Translations under genes and position numbers: made by a program
The notes under the pieces: model-generated
Database searches by the model: none
What the model saw: only the letters and a program-made list of their open reading frames with translations
What the model was told of the DNA's origin: nothing
In this document: positions 56,119 to 64,000 of the stretch, piece after piece
Layout of the letters: each line of letters begins with the position of its first letter
Numbering within the stretch: the first letter of the stretch is position 1
Source of the DNA: Candidatus Latescibacterota bacterium
GTDB lineage: Bacteria > Latescibacterota > UBA2968
DNA length: 64,000 bases
NCBI GenBank assembly: GCA_965207885.1
Contig: OZ242311.1
Coordinates: 2,976,001-3,040,000, forward strand
Direction of reading: 5' to 3'

Positions 56119-58149
56119 TCATTCTTGCGATAGGTGCGGCAGGTAGCCCTGTTGCTGGAGTATTTGAATCAAAGATTCGGGGTTTGCCGTATTGTTGAGG
56201 GTTGCAATAGTTGGAGAAATGCGGTCGTCTAATGCCTGGGCAATGCGGGGTTGGGCGTAGAGTTCGTCAAGCAATTCTCGCGTGGCGGTTTTGACTCGTC
56301 CGATGGCGGGGAGGATTTCGATTTCACCGTATTTGTCGTCACATTCGGCAATTAAAGTATCGACCATGTCGGGCAGGCCGCTTGCGCTGTGCTGTGTCAA
56401 AAATGAGCGTATCTCGTCCCCTGACAAACCTCGCGCGAATGCGCGGCGAATCGAGTCGCTAGAGAGATGGAAACACGCCATTACATCCTGTGTTTTGAGG
56501 TCTCCGAGGACGCACAGTCTGAGATAGTGCGCGCATGGAAGATCCGGCGGGGATAGAACTTCAAAATTGGGCTGTACAATAAATTTTGCCTCTGAATTTT
56601 GCAGGGGTATTTGTTCGGTCAGTGCATCGTCATGCGTGTCGTGCAATAGAGCGTAGCCCGCAGGGGTGATCTGAAAGACCGCCTTTTTGCTGTGCTGCAA
56701 TGGTGTAGAGAAATTGGGGAAATTGCCCACGCGGACGACGCCCATATAGGTGAGCGCACCTGTGATGGCGCGGCGCAGCAATTCATCGGCGGTGGTTCCG
56801 GTATGGGATGGGTCTTTGGCAAAATGTCGAAAAGGTTCTGAAAGACGCGTCAGAAATTGATAATACGATGGGTACTTCATCCATGTGTCGGTGGGGCAAT
56901 GCCGAAGGCTTCGCACGATTTCACTGCGAATATTCTTGAGTACTTGCATTCGGGCACTGGTGGCTTTGGTGCGGTCGGAAGACCATTCATTCCACCGCTC
57001 GCTGTGAAACCAGAAGTCAAAGCACGCCTTGCGTATGTCGATGATTTGCCCCATCTGGGTGCCGGCATCCGAGGCGATATGCCAGACTGTATCATGGGGC
57101 TTTATCAGTCCCGTTGTTTCGGCAAAGAGTGTGAGAAATTCAATATAGCCCGGATCGTCCTGGATATGGCAGTATTTGTTCGCGTCGCGCAAATCGCTTT
57201 TGGATATGCCGCCGTGTTTGAGCCTGCGTGGCAAGCGTTGTGCAACAATGCCGAGCAATGTGGTCAGGTCTTGGATGAGAAAGGCGGTATTTTCGCATAT
57301 CGCGGCGGGAGCAGGAGCGGAGGTTTCGAGGAGGGTTTCGAGGCTACTTTCGAGTTGTCCTCCCTGGGATTGGGCAATTTTAGACAGGGCAGCGCAAAGG
57401 TCTGAAGCGAGACATATTGCGGCGTTGGGGGCGTGAAGATCGCGGTTCGGCGCATAAAAGATCGGCATTTTCCAGAGCATGTCTTCCAATTCACGGACTG
57501 CGGATTCCCCCAATTTATCGGCGACTTCGCTGCGCGTGATCGCGTTGGCGGGGAGAAACAAATCGAGAATGGCGCGGCGGTCTTCGCTGAGTGTGTTGAG
57601 GTAGGCGTGTAGTGTTTTAATGTCGAGCAGGGTATCTCTTATGGCGTTGGATACGATGGGTTTGCGCATGTCTGAAAGGCGCAGGCCAATCTGATCTGCA
57701 AAAGCTCGAAGCAAACCCACAGATACGGGTTTCAAGATGACGAGCAACCGGCCCTGATCTGCGTCGGGAATGGGGATGGATTTGAGCAGTGATTCGGGAA
57801 TGCCGATTAGAACGTCTGAATCACCCAGTGTGTGCATATCTCGAAATACGAGACCGATCAGGTCACTGAGTTGGGCATGGAGACGGGGAAGAAATCCGTT
57901 GGCAAATTTTTCAACGGCTTCGACTTCCAATAGCTCGCCCCCTTCGGCGGCAAGGGTCTGTACCATCGCGTGCTGTTCAGGGGATAGGGAACGGAGGCGT
58001 TTTGCTACGCGCTCTGGATCGGGGAGTACGCGGCAGAGCGCGTCGGCGAGGATGGTTTTGTTGCTGCCACCGGGATCAATACCCACGTCGCGGGCGAGTT
58101 GGCAGAGCGTGTTGAACGGATATTGTGTGAGCGCGGTGCGTAGTTTCAT
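56119..58149 (-). CDS. Helicase-associated (XPB N-terminal-like, Helicase_C_3) domain protein
   Basis: C-terminal IVQPNFEV...FHLSSDSIRRAFARGLSGDEIRSFL...LPDMV, which parallels the N-terminus of the XPB gene in this window. Confidence 0.75.
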   Translation of the reverse strand: MKLRTALTQYPFNTLCQLARDVGIDPGGSNKTILADALCRVLPDPERVAKRLRSLSPEQHAMVQTLAAEGGELLEVEAVEKFANGFLPRLHAQLSDLIGLVFRDMHTLGDSDVLIGIPESLLKSIPIPDADQGRLLVILKPVSVGLLRAFADQIGLRLSDMRKPIVSNAIRDTLLDIKTLHAYLNTLSEDRRAILDLFLPANAITRSEVADKLGESAVRELEDMLWKMPIFYAPNRDLHAPNAAICLASDLCAALSKIAQSQGGQLESSLETLLETSAPAPAAICENTAFLIQDLTTLLGIVAQRLPRRLKHGGISKSDLRDANKYCHIQDDPGYIEFLTLFAETTGLIKPHDTVWHIASDAGTQMGQIIDIRKACFDFWFHSERWNEWSSDRTKATSARMQVLKNIRSEIVRSLRHCPTDTWMKYPSYYQFLTRLSEPFRHFAKDPSHTGTTADELLRRAITGALTYMGVVRVGNFPNFSTPLQHSKKAVFQITPAGYALLHDTHDDALTEQIPLQNSEAKFIVQPNFEVLSPPDLPCAHYLRLCVLGDLKTQDVMACFHLSSDSIRRAFARGLSGDEIRSFLTQHSASGLPDMVDTLIAECDDKYGEIEILPAIGRVKTATRELLDELYAQPRIAQALDDRISPTIATLNNTANPESLIQILQQQGYLPHLSQE

Positions 58150-58161
58150 AATGGGTACAGT

Positions 58162-58200
58162 AAAAATAAGACACTTACAAAACTGTAAGTGCCTAAAAAA
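58162..58200 (-). terminator. Probable terminator after tRNA-Ala
   Basis: Hairpin AGGCACTTACA-GTTT-TGTAAGTGTCT followed by TATTTTT on the minus strand. Confidence 0.55.
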
Positions 58201-58203
58201 AAG

Positions 58204-58276
58204 TGGAGCCGAGCGGGATCGAACCGCCGACCTTTTGACTGCCAGTCAAACGCTCTCCCAGTTGAGCTACGGCCCC
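58204..58276 (-). tRNA. tRNA-Ala (GGC), CCA not encoded
   Basis: GGGGCCGTAGCTCAACTGGGAGAGCGTTTGACTGGCAGTCAAAAGGTCGGCGGTTCGATCCCGCTCGGCTCCA folds as a cloverleaf with GGC anticodon and G3:U70 pair. Confidence 0.97.
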
Positions 58277-58341
58277 ACATCTATACGTAGTCAAGGGTAA
58301 CAAAATGGGATAGGTCTGTCAAGCAAAAAGCCGATTGCAGA

Positions 58342-60399
<2,058 letters not shown>

Positions 60400-60471
60400 T
60401 CAGGTCCGAAGCAATGGATTCTCCCGATCTCTTCCCCAGTGGGCGGGGTTGTCCAATTCAATGCTGCATTT

Positions 60472-60500
60472 AGTATAGCCAATTTTGTCCGCATATTCAA
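60472..60500 (-). promoter_or_regulatory. Candidate sigma70 promoter of ligA
   Basis: TTGAAT-17 bp-TATACT on the minus strand. Confidence 0.6.
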
Positions 60501-60555
60501 GGTGGGCGCGATGTTTACCCACCAATAATTTTCGCCAGCAACCCCCCGTTAGTTT

Positions 60556-61383
60556 TCAAGCAAAAAGAAAAGCGACGAGTCCCAGTAGCATTCCCGCTTT
60601 GAGCAGTTTGTTCAGGTATCCGAGTGTGTCTTTTTGCCAGAGGCGGATGAGGACAAAGATGAGTAAAAGATTGAGGAGGACAATCAAGCAAAGATAAATC
60701 GAACCGTAAATGCCCAGGAGTGCGGGCAATGGGGTCGCAATGATGAGGATTGCAAAGATGCCGGTGATTAGAACACGCGCGATGTTTTCTCCCCATGAGA
60801 TGGGTACAGTGCCGCCCGATAACTGGCGGTCGCCCGCACTGTCTTCGAGGTCTTTGAGAAGTTCGCGCCCCAGGTGAAACAGAAAGGCAAAGCCTGCAAT
60901 GAGATAGGGGGCAGATATGACCTGGACGGCTGCGCCTCCGTAGAGAAATGCCAGACCGCCGAGCGCACTTACTGTGAGATTGCCGATGAGAGGTACGCGT
61001 TTGAGATAGGTATTGTAAAGGATCAGGCACGCGATGGCGATGAGGGCAATGGCGAGGGCTGGCGTTGGCAAGGGGAGGGCTGGGAGAATGCCCGCGAGGA
61101 GGAAAATACCCATTTCTATGCGGGCGATGCCAAGGGATAAACGCCCTGAAGGGAGTGGGCGATGCGGTTTGTTGATGCGGTCTTCGGTTATGCCACACAG
61201 GTCATTGAGCGCGTTGCCCCCTGCGGTGATGAGGGCGGCGGACAGGGCGGCAAAGAGCAGGAGTTCGGTGATGTTGTGAATCCCCAGCCAGCCGCCGAGG
61301 AGTACTGAGGCAAAGGTTATGAGGCAGTTGATCGGGCGAGAGAGTTCAATCGCGGCGTAAAATCTGGTCTTGCGGAAGGCCAT
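60556..61383 (-). CDS. UbiA-family prenyltransferase, DGGGP-synthase-like
   Basis: SRPINC, GNALND..ITEDRINKPHRPLPSG, YNTYLKR..LIGN and RELLKDLED..GD. Confidence 0.85.
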   Translation of the reverse strand: MAFRKTRFYAAIELSRPINCLITFASVLLGGWLGIHNITELLLFAALSAALITAGGNALNDLCGITEDRINKPHRPLPSGRLSLGIARIEMGIFLLAGILPALPLPTPALAIALIAIACLILYNTYLKRVPLIGNLTVSALGGLAFLYGGAAVQVISAPYLIAGFAFLFHLGRELLKDLEDSAGDRQLSGGTVPISWGENIARVLITGIFAILIIATPLPALLGIYGSIYLCLIVLLNLLLIFVLIRLWQKDTLGYLNKLLKAGMLLGLVAFLFA

Positions 61384-61388
61384 GTTTT

Positions 61389-63077
61389 TCAGGCTTCATC
61401 AAAGACATCGTCTGCGTCTCGAATGGTGTAGCGATAGCCCTGTTCGGTGAGGAAGGTCTGGCGATTTCGGGCAAATTCTTGTTCGCGGGTGTCGCGCGTG
61501 ACGAGGGTGTAAAAATGAGCCAGGCTGCCATCGGATTTGGGGCGCAATATGCGCCCGAGGCGCTGGGCTTCTTCCTGGCGCGAGCCGTAAGTGCCAGAAA
61601 TCTGAATGGCGACGCTGGCGTCGGGCAGATCGACGGCAAAATTGGCGACTTTGGACACGACGAGGATCTTGATTTTGCCTTTTCGAAATGCTTCGTAGAG
61701 GAGGTCGCGGTCTTCGGTGGGAGTTTTGCCCATTATTAACGGGGCGTCGAGTTCTCGTGCAATATATTCGACCTGGCGGATGTATTGCCCAATGACGAGG
61801 ATTTGGTCGCCTTTGTGTTTTTTGAGCAGGTGCTTGACCATGTGGATTTTGTCGGCATTTTCCGATGCAATTCGGAATTTGGCGCGTCTATCTGCTATGG
61901 CATAGCTGAGCCGCTTGCCCTGTGGCAGTAGCAGGCGAATTTCACAGCATTCTGCGGTTGCTATCCAGCCACTGGATTCGAGTTCTCGCCAGGGCACGTC
62001 GTAGCGCTTGGGTCCGATGAGCGAAAAGACATCGGTTTCGAGGCCATCTTCGCGCACGAGAGTGGCTGTGAGACCCAGACGACGCCGGGATTGCAATTCG
62101 GCGGTAAAGCGAAATACGGGCGCGGGAAGCAGGTGGACTTCGTCGTAAATAATGAGACCCCAATTGCCCTGATTGAAAATACCGAAGTGGGGGAAGTCCT
62201 CCTCCCGGCTCTTGCGATAGGTCAGGATATTGTAGGTGGCAATGGTAACGGGCCGAATTTCTTTGCGCTCGCCAGAATATTCGCCTATCTGGTCGTCGGT
62301 GAGGCTCGTTTTGTCGATGAGTTCTGCTTTCCACTGGCGAGACGCCGTGATATTGGTAGTCAGGATCAGGGTTTCGCACTGGAGGGTATTCATCGCGGCC
62401 ATGCCCACAATGGTTTTGCCCGCGCCGCAGGGCAAGACCACTGTGCCGCTTCCGCCATCGGGACCTCCGCCCGCGTGGAATATATCGACGGCCTCGCGCT
62501 GATAATCGCGCAATGCGAAGGGATTGCCCGATAGAGCAGTCTGGCGATGTTGAAATTTGAGTGTTCTGCCTTTGAGGTATCCCGCGCGATCTTTGACCGG
62601 GAATCCAATGCGCGTGAGGGCCTGTTTGAGGTGCCCTCGATAGAGAGGCAAAATGCGAATGCGATGGGCGTTGAGTCGCTTTTCAATATAGGGCTGGACG
62701 GTTTTGTGGCGGCAGATTTCGAGGATGATTAGCGGGTCTTCGGAAGACAGGATGAGCGCGTCGTCTTCTTTGTCGAGATAGACTTTGCCATAGCGACTCA
62801 TTGCCTCGCGGATTTCAACGCCCACATTCTGGGGAATGTCGTATTTGCCGTAGGTTTCGAGGGTGGTGATGATTTCTTCGGTGGTGACACCGGCTGCGGC
62901 CGCATTCCAGAGCGAGAGGGGATTGACGCGGTACGTGTGTATGTGTTCGGGGCTTTTTTCCAGTTCGGCAAAGCGCACGAGCCGATCTCGCGCCGCTTCG
63001 TATCTGGGCGAGTTGACTTCGACGAGAACCGTCAGGTCGCTCTGGATGATGAGGGGATTTTCAGGGTTATAGTTCAT
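61389..63077 (-). CDS. xpb: XPB/Ssl2 (Rad25)-like SF2 DNA helicase
   Basis: LRDYQ, LPCGAGKT, DEVH, LTATLVREDG (RED motif) and QRLGRILR. Confidence 0.92.
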   Translation of the reverse strand: MNYNPENPLIIQSDLTVLVEVNSPRYEAARDRLVRFAELEKSPEHIHTYRVNPLSLWNAAAAGVTTEEIITTLETYGKYDIPQNVGVEIREAMSRYGKVYLDKEDDALILSSEDPLIILEICRHKTVQPYIEKRLNAHRIRILPLYRGHLKQALTRIGFPVKDRAGYLKGRTLKFQHRQTALSGNPFALRDYQREAVDIFHAGGGPDGGSGTVVLPCGAGKTIVGMAAMNTLQCETLILTTNITASRQWKAELIDKTSLTDDQIGEYSGERKEIRPVTIATYNILTYRKSREEDFPHFGIFNQGNWGLIIYDEVHLLPAPVFRFTAELQSRRRLGLTATLVREDGLETDVFSLIGPKRYDVPWRELESSGWIATAECCEIRLLLPQGKRLSYAIADRRAKFRIASENADKIHMVKHLLKKHKGDQILVIGQYIRQVEYIARELDAPLIMGKTPTEDRDLLYEAFRKGKIKILVVSKVANFAVDLPDASVAIQISGTYGSRQEEAQRLGRILRPKSDGSLAHFYTLVTRDTREQEFARNRQTFLTEQGYRYTIRDADDVFDEA

Positions 63078-63080
63078 ATT

Positions 63081-64000
63081 TTATATGCGTTCTACCGTCA
63101 CGTAATACGCGCCGGCGAGGCGATTGCCACTCGCGTCTATCCACCACGTTTGTATAGTTGTGGGACCGCTCGACAAATCCACTGTAAATGTTACGGATAG
63201 GTCGTCGGGGCGCACGTCCATTTCCTGTTCAGATCCTCCGATCTGCATCCACGCCCGATCCACGGGTAGTGCTTTTCCAGCCATCAATGTGCCGTCAACG
63301 CCTTCCATCACGGGGGCTGGTGCTGTAATTGCGAGATTCGATTCTCTGGGCCAGCGCCGCAAGGTGATGTCGTATTTCCCGGATTGTGTAACTGCGAGTT
63401 GCCAGATACCGCTGTCCATCACACATCCGCGCACGCCTCCGGGATTGTCGCAATAGACCCCCATCCAATCACAACTGGACAATCGCGTAGATTTTTCCTC
63501 CTTTGTCCCAATGGAAATGGGGAAGTAAATATCGAGGTTTTTGCCGAGCGCGTCCCACCGCGCATCGTAATGCGCCCGCATCTTTTGCACGACATCGGGA
63601 TGCTGGTCGGCGATGTTGTGTTCTTGCGCGGGATCGCTGTCGAGGTGATACAGTTCGGTATAATCCACGAGACGCCAGCGATTCCATAAAACAGCAGCAT
63701 TGCCTTTGCGCGTGGTTCGGTTTCCCTTTGGGACATTGTGGCCGTATTGTACGACGAGCATCCGGTCTTCCAATTCTTCGCGTTCGCGCAAGAGGCCGGT
63801 TAGAGAAACGCCATCACAGGCAGTTCCTTCTGGTTCGTCGAGACCGCAGAGGGAGATCAGGGTTGGCAATACATCTGTACCGTGCGTGGGATCGGGTATA
63901 TCGCGGGGATCTCCCAACTGTCCTTCGGGCCAGCGAATAAAAAATGGAACGCGATGACCGCCTTCATAGAGCGTGGTCTTTTTTCCGCGCATGCCAGCGT
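63081..64000 (-). CDS. Arylsulfatase, 5'-truncated by window edge
   Basis: MRGKK..LYEGGHRVPFFIRWP, DVLPTL and ELYHLDSDPAQ. Frame is open to the edge. Confidence 0.85.
   Translation of the reverse strand, partial: AGMRGKKTTLYEGGHRVPFFIRWPEGQLGDPRDIPDPTHGTDVLPTLISLCGLDEPEGTACDGVSLTGLLREREELEDRMLVVQYGHNVPKGNRTTRKGNAAVLWNRWRLVDYTELYHLDSDPAQEHNIADQHPDVVQKMRAHYDARWDALGKNLDIYFPISIGTKEEKSTRLSSCDWMGVYCDNPGGVRGCVMDSGIWQLAVTQSGKYDITLRRWPRESNLAITAPAPVMEGVDGTLMAGKALPVDRAWMQIGGSEQEMDVRPDDLSVTFTVDLSSGPTTIQTWWIDASGNRLAGAYYVTVERI

Noticed and set aside
58204-58276. tRNA-Ala as a possible integration site
   Set aside because: No integrase and no duplicated tRNA 3' end were found, and the flanks are housekeeping-like genes.

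Overview
Gene-dense bacterial chromosomal window with about 45 CDS and one tRNA-Ala(GGC). I found no rRNA, CRISPR array, transposase or integrase. The gene content suggests a diderm FCB-superphylum lineage such as Latescibacterota (inference only): many PQQ-like beta-propellers, sulfatases, PhyH dioxygenases, a DUF6785-type membrane protein and a C-terminal EF-hand/dockerin-like tag. Four blocks are present. (1) 1-23.5 kb is a co-oriented, tightly packed candidate biosynthetic cluster with no NRPS/PKS core. It encodes an EhpF/GriC-like adenylating enzyme, an EhpG/GriD-like ALDH-fold reductase, an Fe-ADH, a HemN-like radical SAM enzyme, a PaaK-like CoA ligase, a flavin halogenase-like enzyme, a CxxC-bearing GT4, a thioesterase, a TonB receptor, a DMT-like protein and a MacB/LolCDE-type ABC system. 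These are interleaved with PQQ-like propellers and interrupted by a DUF3857 transglutaminase pair. (2) 23.5-42 kb is a catabolic region: TRAP-TAXI transporter, a frameshifted heparinase II/III-like lyase, dehydratase, sulfatase, rhaA, two PhyH genes and an FTR beta subunit. (3) 42.2-51.6 kb is a sigma54 module: tandem palindromic sites and a consensus -24/-12 promoter precede a secreted VIT-VWA protein, followed by an OMP, histidine kinase, NtrC-type activator, coiled-coil protein and beta-barrel. The module is bracketed by a degenerate ~140-bp direct repeat. (4) 51.6-64 kb holds sulfatases, an AKR, the DUF6785 protein, an XPB helicase and its partner, tRNA-Ala, ligA and a DGGGP-synthase-like UbiA. 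All calls come from motif recognition by eye; no database search was run.
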